Source: an uncultured bacterium (GTDB lineage Bacteria; Babelota; Babeliae; Babelales; Vermiphilaceae). From it: 64,000 nucleotides of DNA. The stretch spans positions 768,001 to 832,000 of the forward strand of contig OY968764.1 of assembly GCA_963695335.1 (NCBI GenBank). The letters run 5' to 3'. How positions within the stretch are numbered: the first letter of the stretch is position 1; the number at the start of each line of letters is the position of its first letter. The position numbers were made by a program, and so were the translations under genes. Below, piece by piece: positions 37,949-47,638 of this stretch. The notes under the pieces are model-generated. The model saw only the letters and a list, made by a program, of their open reading frames with translations. It searched no databases and was not told where the DNA came from.

Positions 37949-39781
37949 TTAAATTAACTTATGTGCCTGTCTTGGCTCTATACCCAATAAAGCATAGATT
38001 TCATCAGCATGCATGGTCTCTTTTTCAATCAAAGCGTTAGCCAATATATCCAGCTTATCACGATTGTTTTTAAGCAATGCGTACGTCTGTTCGTGATAAA
38101 GTTTGGTTAAACGTTGTACCTCAGCATCGATTTTTTCAGCAGTTTTTTGAGAATATTCAAAATCACCATGTTGCTGGCTATAGATGATGGTACCTAATTC
38201 ATCGGACATACCATAATGGGTTACCATATTACGAACTATGCGGTTTGCTGCCTGAAAATCGCTATATGCGCCCGTGGTGAGCTTATTGAATATTATTTCT
38301 TCTGCCACGCGGCCACCAAGTGCCGACATGACTGATGCTTCCATCTCTTCTTTGCTCGTGATGTATTTTTCACGTTCAGGTAAGAAATGTGTGACACCTA
38401 ATGCAGATCCACGAGGGATAATGGTTACTTTGTGCAGCGGATCAGATGTTTCCGGTAATAAAAGACGCACAAGGGCATGGCCAGCTTCATGGTACGCGAT
38501 GAGTTTTTTGTCTTCATCAGTGAGCATGATACTTTTACTTTCTTTACCGAGCATCACTTTATCGCGTGCTGCATCAAAATCATGGATAGTTACGATATCT
38601 TTATTTTCTTTTGAAGCAATGATAGTAGCTTCATTAACCAAGTTGGCAAGATCTGCGCCAGAAAACCCTGGGGTTCCTTGAGCGATCTTTTTGACATCAA
38701 GACCTTCTTCAGCCATAACATTCTTGATGTGTACGCCAAGAATTGCTTCACGGCTTTTTAAATCTGGGTAAGGAACAGTCACGATGCGGTCAAATCTTCC
38801 TGGGCGCAAGAGTGCTTTATCCAAGACATCTTTTCTATTGGTTGCAGCAATAACAATTACCGGAGTTGGAGATGTTTCAAAACCATCCATTTCAGCAAGG
38901 AGCTGGTTGAGCGTTTGTTCGCGCTCATCATTGCCGCCACCCATGCCACTGCCACGATGACGTCCAACAGCATCAATTTCATCAATAAAGATGATGCTTG
39001 GAGCATGTTTGCGTGCTTGTGCAAAAAGATCACGGACACGTGCAGCGCCTACGCCAACAAATACTTCGATAAAATTTGAACCGCTGATACTAAAGAATGG
39101 ACAGTTTGCTTCACCAGCAACGGCGCGTGCTAATAATGTTTTGCCGTTTCCTGGTTCACCCACCAGTAATACTCCGCGAGTAATTTTGGCACCAAGGCGT
39201 TCGTACTTCTGAGGATTTTTAAGAAAGTCGATAACATCTGCAAGCTCTTCTTTTGCTTCATCAGCACCAGCTACAGAGCTAAAGCGTTCTTTGATGCTTG
39301 CAGGCAAGAACATACGAGCACCACTTTTACCCATAGTAAAAATATTGCCACCACCACCATTGGCACCAGCGCTGCGAGAGCGGATAAAGTACCAAATAGC
39401 CCAGATAGCAACAAATAAACATGAGAATAAAAAGAGGTACCAGATACCCAGTTGATTGGTTGGTGAAATGACTGAAAATTCTACATTATGTTTACGTAGA
39501 CGGTCCCAATCACTCGCATTATTACCAATAACTGTTTCAAAGCGATTACCATCAGTAAAGAGACCTTCAACATCTTGCCCCGAAATATATACTTTTTTAA
39601 TGAGGTTTTGGTCGATCTTTTCTAAGAAGGTGGAATAAGAGATAACTTGAACATTTCTGCCGAGCTCAGTTAATTTATGCAGCACTAAAAGGACGCCTGC
39701 AAGAATAACAAAGGTAACGATAGCATTTTTGAGATTTTTTGGACTTGGGGTCCAGAATTTATTATTTTTGGGTTTTTTCAT
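37949..39781 (-). CDS. ftsH: ATP-dependent zinc metalloprotease FtsH
   Basis: Two TMs, [25 protein letters not shown]. Confidence 0.97.
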   Translation of the reverse strand: MKKPKNNKFWTPSPKNLKNAIVTFVILAGVLLVLHKLTELGRNVQVISYSTFLEKIDQNLIKKVYISGQDVEGLFTDGNRFETVIGNNASDWDRLRKHNVEFSVISPTNQLGIWYLFLFSCLFVAIWAIWYFIRSRSAGANGGGGNIFTMGKSGARMFLPASIKERFSSVAGADEAKEELADVIDFLKNPQKYERLGAKITRGVLLVGEPGNGKTLLARAVAGEANCPFFSISGSNFIEVFVGVGAARVRDLFAQARKHAPSIIFIDEIDAVGRHRGSGMGGGNDEREQTLNQLLAEMDGFETSPTPVIVIAATNRKDVLDKALLRPGRFDRIVTVPYPDLKSREAILGVHIKNVMAEEGLDVKKIAQGTPGFSGADLANLVNEATIIASKENKDIVTIHDFDAARDKVMLGKESKSIMLTDEDKKLIAYHEAGHALVRLLLPETSDPLHKVTIIPRGSALGVTHFLPEREKYITSKEEMEASVMSALGGRVAEEIIFNKLTTGAYSDFQAANRIVRNMVTHYGMSDELGTIIYSQQHGDFEYSQKTAEKIDAEVQRLTKLYHEQTYALLKNNRDKLDILANALIEKETMHADEIYALLGIEPRQAHKLI

Positions 39782-39869
39782 ACAAATTCATCTGCTTTTT
39801 GAGGTTTATGAGGATATTACGAGTAAAATACCATTCTTATAGTAACACAATCATGAATTTTGTCGATGC

Positions 39870-41150
39870 CTAGCTTACCACAGGAAAATTCTGATACGTT
39901 GGTCCCCAGTGAGGGTAACTGCAAATATCTTGAGCATTTGTTATATATTTTGTTGTATGCGTGAGGAGATTAAGCGTGCAAAGTTGACTGTTTTTACCTG
40001 GAATTTCATGCGCAAACAGCAGCTGCGTTCCACAGGGCGACCAACTGGCTTCATGTTTATCGCCCGCGTTTTTAGTTAATTGTGTATGTGTTTTGGTTGC
40101 GCAATCATAGACCATAACTTGCATGGCACCTTGAATCATTTTGTGATAAGAAATTTTATGAGTCTTTGGGCAGTAGCTTGGTGTGGTGCAATATCCGCCA
40201 TGAGTGATGCGTTGTAAATGTCCTGTTTGCAGATTGCCGATATAAATTTGTGGATTACCTTTTTGAAAATCTGAACAAAAGCAAAGATGATGTTCATCAA
40301 TAAAAATAGGTGACGTATTATTTCCCGTGTTTTGTGTGCACCGTTTTAAGTTGCCATCATCAACAAGATAAATCTGACAACTTCCACTGCCGCGAGAAGA
40401 GCAATAAGAATATGATTTTCCATTCGGGGAATAGCAAGCAAGCATGTTGATACCATCAAAATTGGCAACTGGTTTTCTTTTCTTATTCATAGTAACGGAC
40501 ATCAATTCAACATTGGTGTTGGCATACTCTGAATATAAAATACGTGGTTCTGTGGTGTGCCAACGTGGTGCAACCGTAATAGTTGGTAGATTAACGAGTA
40601 ATTCTTCATTGCTGCCATCAAAATCTGCTATATAAATTTTTCGTAATGATTTACCGGCATCATTTTTTGAATCTTTACAATATGCAATGCGTGAACTGAA
40701 AAAGCCTTGATTCCCGGTTAATTTTTGGAATGTTTCATTTGCAACCGTATGCGCCCATTCACGTGCAAGAGTATTTTTTTTACTTTGTTTTTTTCCACAT
40801 ATCATAGTGCATTGCATGGTATCATATAATCGCCATGCGATACTGTTTTTTGATTCGCTGCTGATACATAAGGCAAGCGGTGTTCCGCAATTGCACAGTT
40901 GTTGCATATTTTTTTTGAGAACTTTGCTTGATGTATTTGCATCGTATTTTGTGATGGTAGCTTTAAATTGATCGGTAAATTGTAAATCTTTTTTGATAGT
41001 TGCGGCAATATCATTGAGCTGATTGTTTTTGCCATCAAGTACGATGATTGCGATTGGCATTTGCGTTTGTTGTGCACCAGAAATGGTTAATGCAATATCA
41101 TTTGCTTGCGCAGAAAATATGATCCATAAAAAGAGATACAATTTTTTCAT
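39870..41150 (-). CDS. tolB: Tol-Pal beta-propeller protein TolB
   Basis: Signal peptide from MKKLY; LTGNQGFFSSRIAY, IADFDG, PD40-like repeats; synteny. Confidence 0.85.
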   Translation of the reverse strand: MKKLYLFLWIIFSAQANDIALTISGAQQTQMPIAIIVLDGKNNQLNDIAATIKKDLQFTDQFKATITKYDANTSSKVLKKNMQQLCNCGTPLALCISSESKNSIAWRLYDTMQCTMICGKKQSKKNTLAREWAHTVANETFQKLTGNQGFFSSRIAYCKDSKNDAGKSLRKIYIADFDGSNEELLVNLPTITVAPRWHTTEPRILYSEYANTNVELMSVTMNKKRKPVANFDGINMLACYSPNGKSYSYCSSRGSGSCQIYLVDDGNLKRCTQNTGNNTSPIFIDEHHLCFCSDFQKGNPQIYIGNLQTGHLQRITHGGYCTTPSYCPKTHKISYHKMIQGAMQVMVYDCATKTHTQLTKNAGDKHEASWSPCGTQLLFAHEIPGKNSQLCTLNLLTHTTKYITNAQDICSYPHWGPTYQNFPVVS

Positions 41151-41158
41151 GAAATTCC

Positions 41159-41791
41159 TTATATGCATTCAAGTTCTTTAATTTTTGCATCTATTTTTTG
41201 CAATAGAACTCTACTTTCGTAGAGAGCAAGGTCATTAGTACCAAGAATAAACCAAATGCATTGCTCAAATATTTCATCAATAGACATTTGAGTAAGTTCA
41301 ATAGGGAGATTGCTGTTGCGGCATATTTGACAATGTTTAGTGAAAAGAGACTGTAATAATGTTTGTAACTGTCTTGTTGTGTCTTTATCAAATTTTGACT
41401 TTGCATACGGAAGAAGATGATGAGATATTTCATCGAGAGTAAGAGGTTTTATATGAGTGCATATGAAGTTAAAGGCAGGAGTTACTCGTTCTGATGTCTT
41501 TTGTTGTAAGTGAATAGAGCTTTTGTAAAAATCGTCACTCAGGTTGCAACAAAAAATCATTCCCGTTACTTCTTCTATATCTTCTGGTGATTCGCAATCA
41601 TCGAAATCCAGCATAAGTTCTTCCCATCTATCATGCATAGTTTTCAGATGCTTTTGTAATGTAGCTTTAACATTTTGCAAATGTTTCAATAATTGGGTTT
41701 TGTTTATTTGTTTGCTTGGTATGGGATTGGTAATGGCAAAAAATGAGATAGAGCTCAGTGTTAAAAAAGCTGCGAATAGATGCTTGTTCAT
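41159..41791 (-). CDS. Hypothetical exported protein
   Basis: Signal peptide; GGAG RBS. Confidence 0.6.
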   Translation of the reverse strand: MNKHLFAAFLTLSSISFFAITNPIPSKQINKTQLLKHLQNVKATLQKHLKTMHDRWEELMLDFDDCESPEDIEEVTGMIFCCNLSDDFYKSSIHLQQKTSERVTPAFNFICTHIKPLTLDEISHHLLPYAKSKFDKDTTRQLQTLLQSLFTKHCQICRNSNLPIELTQMSIDEIFEQCIWFILGTNDLALYESRVLLQKIDAKIKELECI

Positions 41792-41847
41792 CGTGGTTCT
41801 CCAAATGTTTTAAAAATGTTTGTGCGTAATTGTATCATGCCTGTTTA

Positions 41848-42697
41848 GGTTCTGTTGAGTTTTTGAAAAGATAAGTTTTGAAGTATGATAACACCGAAAA
41901 AGCAAAAACCAAATCACTAAAACGGTGCTATCATGAAAAAAGAGTATATCAGCGAAATGGCCTGGAGCAAAATTTTTAATTTTTTAAAACAGCAAAAAAA
42001 CATTTATATAAAAGAAGAAAAGGACTGTAAAAAGTTTATAGAAGGGACATTTTGGATGGCAAGAACAGGAGCACAATGGAGAGAGTTGCCGGAAAAATAT
42101 GGAAATTGGAATAGTGTGTTCAGCAGATTTAATGCTTGGTCAAAAAAACATATTTGGGAAAAATTACTCAGTTTTTGTGCAGAGGATCCCGATATGGAAT
42201 ATGTAATGATTGATGCCACGATAGTCCGCGCACATGCCTGTTCTGCTGGATATGATCAATTTAAAAATGAAGGACTGGGAAGAAGTAAAGGTGGTTTTAC
42301 AAGTAAGATACATGCAACAGTAGATGCTTTAGGCAATCCTTTAAGATTTGTTATTACTCCTGGTCAGCGTAATGATATTACTCAGGCTGATATTTTATTA
42401 AAAGATATTTCTGAATCATATGTAATAGCGGATAAAGGATATGATTCCACTGAATTACGTTCGAAATTAATAGAAAAAAATTGTGTTCCCGTTATTCCTC
42501 CAAGATCCAATCGTAAAGAACAATATCAATATGATGAACATCTATATAAAGAGAGACATGCGATTGAATGCTTGTTTTCAAAGATAAAACACTTTAGAAG
42601 AGTGTTTGCTCGTTTTGATAAATCGGCACGAAATTTTTTATCTTTTCTTTCTTTTGTGGGAACTTGCATATGGTTACGATGAAAACTCAACAGAACC
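41848..42697 (+). mobile_element. IS5-family (IS427-like) insertion sequence, intact
   Basis: IR GGTTCTGTTGAGTTTT / AAAACTCAACAGAACC; TA on both sides (41846-47, 42698-99); exact ends ambiguous by a few bases because the palindrome extends into the flanks. Confidence 0.88.
41933..42682 (+). CDS. IS5-family transposase (single ORF)
   Basis: RTGAQWRELP..YG.W, IDATIVRAH, GRSKGG.TSKIH, ADKGYD, YKERHAIE. Confidence 0.93.
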   Translation: MKKEYISEMAWSKIFNFLKQQKNIYIKEEKDCKKFIEGTFWMARTGAQWRELPEKYGNWNSVFSRFNAWSKKHIWEKLLSFCAEDPDMEYVMIDATIVRAHACSAGYDQFKNEGLGRSKGGFTSKIHATVDALGNPLRFVITPGQRNDITQADILLKDISESYVIADKGYDSTELRSKLIEKNCVPVIPPRSNRKEQYQYDEHLYKERHAIECLFSKIKHFRRVFARFDKSARNFLSFLSFVGTCIWLR

Positions 42698-42718
42698 TAA
42701 AATCAGTAAGTTTTTCAT

Positions 42719-43519
42719 TTAATCAAATTTATATATTTCTAAAAGATTTTCTTGAGGGTTAGAAAGATTGCTACTTAAGATGACAAAATGATTATCATTA
42801 AGAAATTTTGCTCTTAAAAAGATATAATCTACATGAGGTTTTAAAATAATTTTGTCTTGCTCGTTAATTATTTCTATTTTTTTTTCATGAATAAATAAAA
42901 ATATATTATTACTACATTCAACGTCATGCCATCCCTTACTGAATCCCGTAACAATATGTTGCTTGTCTTGTTGGAAATTAAAAAAACTTACAATACTACT
43001 GCTTTGGAAAATGAAAGATTGTTTGTTTGGATAAAATGTTAAAATATTGTATTTCCTGCATATATTCCAAAAATCAAAAAATGAAGGATAATCTTTTTCT
43101 ACTGTATCGCTAGATACGGGATGTAATTTGTTTGATGTAAAATCCAATTGATAAAAGTTATCATTAAGGGTTGTTAGGATAAGAGTATTATTATTCCAGT
43201 AATAATTTGGTGAAAGTATTTCTTCGTTAAAATCTTTAGGTAGAGTGATGGTATAGGGGGTAGGTGTTTTTAGATCTGTATAAATTATTTGATGAGCATC
43301 TGGTAAATAGAGAATAATAGCGCTACCATCATATTTTTTGTAGACAGAATATATAGAGGCTTTTTGTGGAATAACTAATTTTCTTTGAATGTGTAACGAA
43401 TTATCAAGTAGTAGTAGTCCTTGATTGTTATCGTTAATAATGATTGTGTTATCATAATTATCTAAAATATAGATATCATTTTTTTTAAAGTACAATTCAG
43501 CCGTTTTTTGAGTTGTCAT
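42719..43519 (-). CDS. Candidate immunity protein (beta-strand rich, no signal peptide)
   Basis: Starts 8 bp after the toxin stop; very AT-rich; no recognisable family. Confidence 0.5.
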   Translation of the reverse strand: MTTQKTAELYFKKNDIYILDNYDNTIIINDNNQGLLLLDNSLHIQRKLVIPQKASIYSVYKKYDGSAIILYLPDAHQIIYTDLKTPTPYTITLPKDFNEEILSPNYYWNNNTLILTTLNDNFYQLDFTSNKLHPVSSDTVEKDYPSFFDFWNICRKYNILTFYPNKQSFIFQSSSIVSFFNFQQDKQHIVTGFSKGWHDVECSNNIFLFIHEKKIEIINEQDKIILKPHVDYIFLRAKFLNDNHFVILSSNLSNPQENLLEIYKFD

Positions 43520-43527
43520 ATTATTGC

Positions 43528-45387
43528 TTATTTCAGATTTAGTTTTTTATTTTTGTCTGCAGTATTTTTGATCAATTGTCCTGTAATAGGATCAGCTTCT
43601 CCAAGATGTATTCCCTGTTTGTTATAAACTTCTAAATGGGCACCTTTTCCTCTGTGAAGAGTGTCTCGGTGATAGAATAAGTTGTCTTTTGTATATACTT
43701 GAGCACCTTTTACTGGGGCTATTTTTGTTTTTTTAAAATGAGTGCTATGCAAAACGATTTCTCGATCTAAAGGTATGCGGTTTTGTTGAATAAATTCTGG
43801 AATTATTTTTTCAATACTATTCTTTAAACCTGATGCCGTAGCTTGTCCCGATCGCTTTAACTTATTGGCATTTGTTGTGGCTTTAAACAGCAACCCTTCA
43901 GGGGTTGTAAGATATTCTTGTGGATTGAACAGAGAACTGTTTTTTGCAAAGGTAATACTTTTTTGTTTAATTGTGTTGCAGAATTTTCCTAATCCACCAA
44001 GTAATCTACTTTGCGCCATTAAGCTGACGCCAACCGCGGTACCATTTTTAACTGCATCGCGTAATGATATTTCTTTGTTATAGATTCTATCAATGACACT
44101 GTTTAATGGTTCAGCGTAATGATTCCATTTATCCTTTGCTTTATCAATATTGGTTATTGCAGTAAACCCAATATCTGCAACGTTATAAAGAACTTTGGAG
44201 AGTTGATATGCAAGTAACGGTTTGCTTGCAACCATAGAAACTGTTGCTTCAATAGGATTGTTCAGAATATCAGTGACTGCTGATTGTATGCCAATTGCAG
44301 CACCTTCAGCAACTGCTTGGCCGTAATCAAGCAGTGTCCAACAAAAATCGGCAATAGTAGTTGCTTTATCGGTAAGACCTTTATGGTTGCAATCAACCAT
44401 TGCCACAGTAAAATCGATTAATGCTTCTTGATGATCATACAAAACTGAAGTTGGTGATAGATGATCAATACGATTAAGTAAATCGAGTGATTCTTGATGA
44501 AGTGCATGTTGTAGTTTATTACCAGAGCATTGTGTAAAACATACTGCGTCATAGTTATATTTATGCAATAATTGCTTAACATTGTTATTGAGATTGTATG
44601 ATGTACTTGTGTAGTGCAGAAAATTATCAGCTCCTGACAAATTATGATATGCATCTAACCGTTTATTAATTGCGGCTGATAATGAAGGCGCATATTCTTG
44701 ATAAATAGATTGTAATTCTTTGTATTCAGATGTTTGTGTTTGAAATGTCTCAAGAGAATGATCGCGCAGAACTGGTTCATTACAAACTGGTTGCTCATGC
44801 TTAAGGTTCTTTAATTGATTGTATAAATAGTGGATGCGTTCTTGTAGGCCTGAGCAATAAGTACCTTTGATGGAGTACCAAATTTTTTGCAACCAATGAA
44901 GATTTTTTAATTCAGCATGTAGCTGTTGGATGGTGCATTTGTAACCTGAATATGTTTGTGTATATTTTACGAATTCATCAAACATATACAAACAGCGCTG
45001 ATTAAGTATTTGGCTTTCTGTGTATCCGTGTGACGAAAAATGTTTTTGAAAATCTTGAGCGTTATATTGTTTAAAATGCTGTTTATAAGAAGGTGATGTG
45101 TTGATATTGTTCCGTAATGGATCATGGGAAAAATCAGCATGTGATGTATGTCTATCATTTTTATAATTTGTTTGATGCCAGGAGTGAACTATTGTGGCAT
45201 GAGAATCTTTTGCAGTGATGGGGATAGATAATAGAGTGACAAAAAATGTATATGATAGATTCCTCTTTGCGCTCGTTCTGAACTTGTTGAAGAATATCTT
45301 CGAGCGCTCTAAGATACCCTTCAACAGGTTCAGGGTGAGCGCATAGATTGTAAAGATAGGTTTATATGGTGCATTCATTTTCATCAC
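43528..45387 (-). CDS. Secreted polymorphic toxin with C-terminal colicin E3-like rRNase domain
   Basis: C-terminal YHRDTLH...HLEVYNKQGIHLGEADPITGQ; trunk aligns with 19060-21003. Confidence 0.75.
   Translation of the reverse strand: MMKMNAPYKPIFTIYALTLNLLKGILERSKIFFNKFRTSAKRNLSYTFFVTLLSIPITAKDSHATIVHSWHQTNYKNDRHTSHADFSHDPLRNNINTSPSYKQHFKQYNAQDFQKHFSSHGYTESQILNQRCLYMFDEFVKYTQTYSGYKCTIQQLHAELKNLHWLQKIWYSIKGTYCSGLQERIHYLYNQLKNLKHEQPVCNEPVLRDHSLETFQTQTSEYKELQSIYQEYAPSLSAAINKRLDAYHNLSGADNFLHYTSTSYNLNNNVKQLLHKYNYDAVCFTQCSGNKLQHALHQESLDLLNRIDHLSPTSVLYDHQEALIDFTVAMVDCNHKGLTDKATTIADFCWTLLDYGQAVAEGAAIGIQSAVTDILNNPIEATVSMVASKPLLAYQLSKVLYNVADIGFTAITNIDKAKDKWNHYAEPLNSVIDRIYNKEISLRDAVKNGTAVGVSLMAQSRLLGGLGKFCNTIKQKSITFAKNSSLFNPQEYLTTPEGLLFKATTNANKLKRSGQATASGLKNSIEKIIPEFIQQNRIPLDREIVLHSTHFKKTKIAPVKGAQVYTKDNLFYHRDTLHRGKGAHLEVYNKQGIHLGEADPITGQLIKNTADKNKKLNLK
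45269..45342. repeat. Repeat-A doublet, in frame in the toxin N-terminus
   Basis: GCGCTCGTTCTGAACTTGTTGAAG...CCTTCAACAGGTTCAGGGTGAGCGC. Confidence 0.9.
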
Positions 45388-46355
45388 TGTTTAAAATCAA
45401 TTGTAAATGGTTTTCCATATGTCCATTGCGGCATTTTCATTGCAAAAAGCGCTTGACGTACAGAGATATCAAACATCATAACACCTGAGTTTTTTATCAT
45501 TTTTATATTTTCTATTTTTCCCTTTGATGTAACAAAAAAAGATATTTCACACATACAATCTGGCGATACTCCAATGGGAGGTTTCCATGTTTGAACAATT
45601 TCTTTCTGCAGCTGTGCTTGTTTGCGCAGTGCTTCTACTTCGCGATAGTTATGAGAAATTTGCGCGTTGTCTGGGATAATTGCTGCGCCCTCTGGAGCTT
45701 TAGCGAAGGATTGCGGGATAATTGTCTGGTTAGTGTCTAAAGCTTGTGCAATAGGTGTAGGATTTATATATGCTGGTTTAACTATTTCTTTTTTTTCTTC
45801 AATCTTTGGTTCTAGTTTTTTCACATCTGTTTTAGCAGATGTGTCCGCCGAAGCTTTAGCGAAGGAGGATGGAGCTTGTTTTGGAAGTGCTGGTTTTACG
45901 GGTTCAGTTTTCTGCGCAATTTCCTGTTTTGGGATTTCTTGTTTAGCTGGTTCTATCTTTTTTATATCCGCCGTCTTGTCCGAAGAAGCCTTGGCGGAGT
46001 CGGAAGTTTTAACGGAGGAGGAGGGTACAGCAGCAACAGTTGTTGGTTTTTTGGTATCAGTTTTACCGGGTGTTGCTGGAGTTGCGGGTTTTGGCTTGTT
46101 CACAGTAGCTTTTTGAGGGACTACTTTTGTTGGAGTTGTTTTTATAGGCGTTGTAGTAATGCCAAGTGGTACAAAAAAAATGGGCGTAGAATAACCCAGT
46201 TTTTTGTTTATAGACAGTGACAGCATGTAACTGTTGTCACGATATACGCAAAACACCCAAAATAAAAAAACAAGATGTAAAAAAAGACAAGAGCCTAAAA
46301 GTTTAACCCAAAGCAGGTGTCTTTTGTGAATGTTTTTGAGTTGCAAGAGCCACAT
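45384..46355 (-). CDS. tolA: TolA/TonB-like protein with in-frame B repeats
   Basis: N-terminal TM with S-x3-H (SCLFLHL), Pro/Lys/Thr linker, C-terminal W.PP...SG...FD.SVRQAL domain; synteny. Confidence 0.75.
   Translation of the reverse strand: MWLLQLKNIHKRHLLWVKLLGSCLFLHLVFLFWVFCVYRDNSYMLSLSINKKLGYSTPIFFVPLGITTTPIKTTPTKVVPQKATVNKPKPATPATPGKTDTKKPTTVAAVPSSSVKTSDSAKASSDKTADIKKIEPAKQEIPKQEIAQKTEPVKPALPKQAPSSFAKASADTSAKTDVKKLEPKIEEKKEIVKPAYINPTPIAQALDTNQTIIPQSFAKAPEGAAIIPDNAQISHNYREVEALRKQAQLQKEIVQTWKPPIGVSPDCMCEISFFVTSKGKIENIKMIKNSGVMMFDISVRQALFAMKMPQWTYGKPFTIDFKQ
45685..46022 (-). repeat. Four B-family copies inside tolA (45685-45714; 45839-45869; 45963-46022 containing nested 45975-46004)
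   Basis: TCCTTCGCTAAAGCT and ACTCCGCCAAGGCTT cores on the minus strand. Confidence 0.82.
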
Positions 46356-46749
46356 ATTTTATACCACCAACAGATTTAATATCATCAACTAATTCAATTA
46401 CAGTTCCGTATGAAATTGCTGTATCAGCTTTGACGTATACGGTTTTTTCATGATCATTGCCAACAGTTTTTTTGATATGAGGGATAAGGTCTGCTTTGGC
46501 AATTTTTTCTTTATTAACATAAAAATCACCTTGCTTATCAATAAAGACAATTAACTCAGTTGGTTGATTATTTGTATCTTCTTGAGCATTACCACGTGGC
46601 AACGTTACTTTGATTGCATTTTGCAAAACGGGTGTTGCAACCATAAAAATAATTAATAACGTGAGTGCAGTATCAATCAATGGTGTCATAGAAAGATCGT
46701 GTAAGATGCTTTGTTTTCTGCGAGATCGTCTATTGTTACGTATGCGCAT
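46303..46749 (-). CDS. tolR: TolR/ExbD
   Basis: MTPLIDTALTLLIIFMVATP, KAD...YG. Confidence 0.88.
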   Translation of the reverse strand: MRIRNNRRSRRKQSILHDLSMTPLIDTALTLLIIFMVATPVLQNAIKVTLPRGNAQEDTNNQPTELIVFIDKQGDFYVNKEKIAKADLIPHIKKTVGNDHEKTVYVKADTAISYGTVIELVDDIKSVGGIKYVALATQKHSQKTPALG

Positions 46750-46755
46750 GAGCTA

Positions 46756-47433
46756 TTACCTTTCACGATGATACTGGAAAACAAAAGTGATGCGGTCAGC
46801 GAGTGTAATAAGTTGTTGTTCTAATGCGCGTGTTTTTGTATGTAAATAGTTGAACATAACAAGCGCTGGAATTGCAACAAGTAAACCTGCAAGTGTTGTG
46901 ATAAGAGCTTCTGCAATACCTGGTGCAATAGTGGCAATATCAGCAACTTGTGTTTCACTGATGCGTATGAATGCATGAATAAGTCCCCATACGGTTCCAA
47001 AAAGACCAAGCAATGGCGCCACGGCAGCGCTTGATGATAATATTGGTATGTATTCTTCATTGTGCGTGAGCATTGCATCAATTGTATTATCGATATTTCT
47101 TTCTAACAGTTCCCATTCATAGGGATTGATTTTTTGATTGATGTCACTCACTATTTCTTTTAAAAAACTGAGATTTCTGGAGATAAAATAAGCTGGAGCA
47201 GTATTGCGTGCGCTACTGGTTATTTCAACAAGTGTTGTAACTGTTTTTGCAGCTTGAGCTTTTTTATTGATGTTTTTGAATTGTTGTTCTTTGATGCGCA
47301 GCAGTGCAAGTTTGCCCAAAAATACAGCCCAACATGCAATGGACATGCCGAGTAATATGAGAAGTACAATTTTACTCACCGTATCGGATTGATATACCAG
47401 TTGCCAGAGAGAGTTGCCAGAGAAAATGTTCAT
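46756..47433 (-). CDS. tolQ: TolQ/ExbB (MotA/TolQ/ExbB family)
   Basis: APLLGLFGTVWG, APGIAEALITT.AGL.VAIPA. Confidence 0.9.
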   Translation of the reverse strand: MNIFSGNSLWQLVYQSDTVSKIVLLILLGMSIACWAVFLGKLALLRIKEQQFKNINKKAQAAKTVTTLVEITSSARNTAPAYFISRNLSFLKEIVSDINQKINPYEWELLERNIDNTIDAMLTHNEEYIPILSSSAAVAPLLGLFGTVWGLIHAFIRISETQVADIATIAPGIAEALITTLAGLLVAIPALVMFNYLHTKTRALEQQLITLADRITFVFQYHRER

Positions 47434-47638
47434 ATGCGAGTTTCCTTTTTTTATGCTGAAAAATGAAGTTTGAGAAGTGATTTGAGTTTAGCAAAAGGTA
47501 TATGTTTTGAAAAATAAAATAGACAAAATAGCATTGTTAGAGTTGTGATAGGATTGTGTTGTAATTAAATGTATAATGAAAGAATTGTTTTAATAAATAA
47601 TTTAGCTTCTTGTTATTTCGATTGGAATTATAAAAATC

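Noticed and set aside
45667..46220. Plus-strand ORFs antisense to tolA, and similar antisense ORFs in ftsH, flotillin, dipZ and tsf/frr
   Set aside because: They lie largely or wholly opposite confident genes and have no recognisable motifs.
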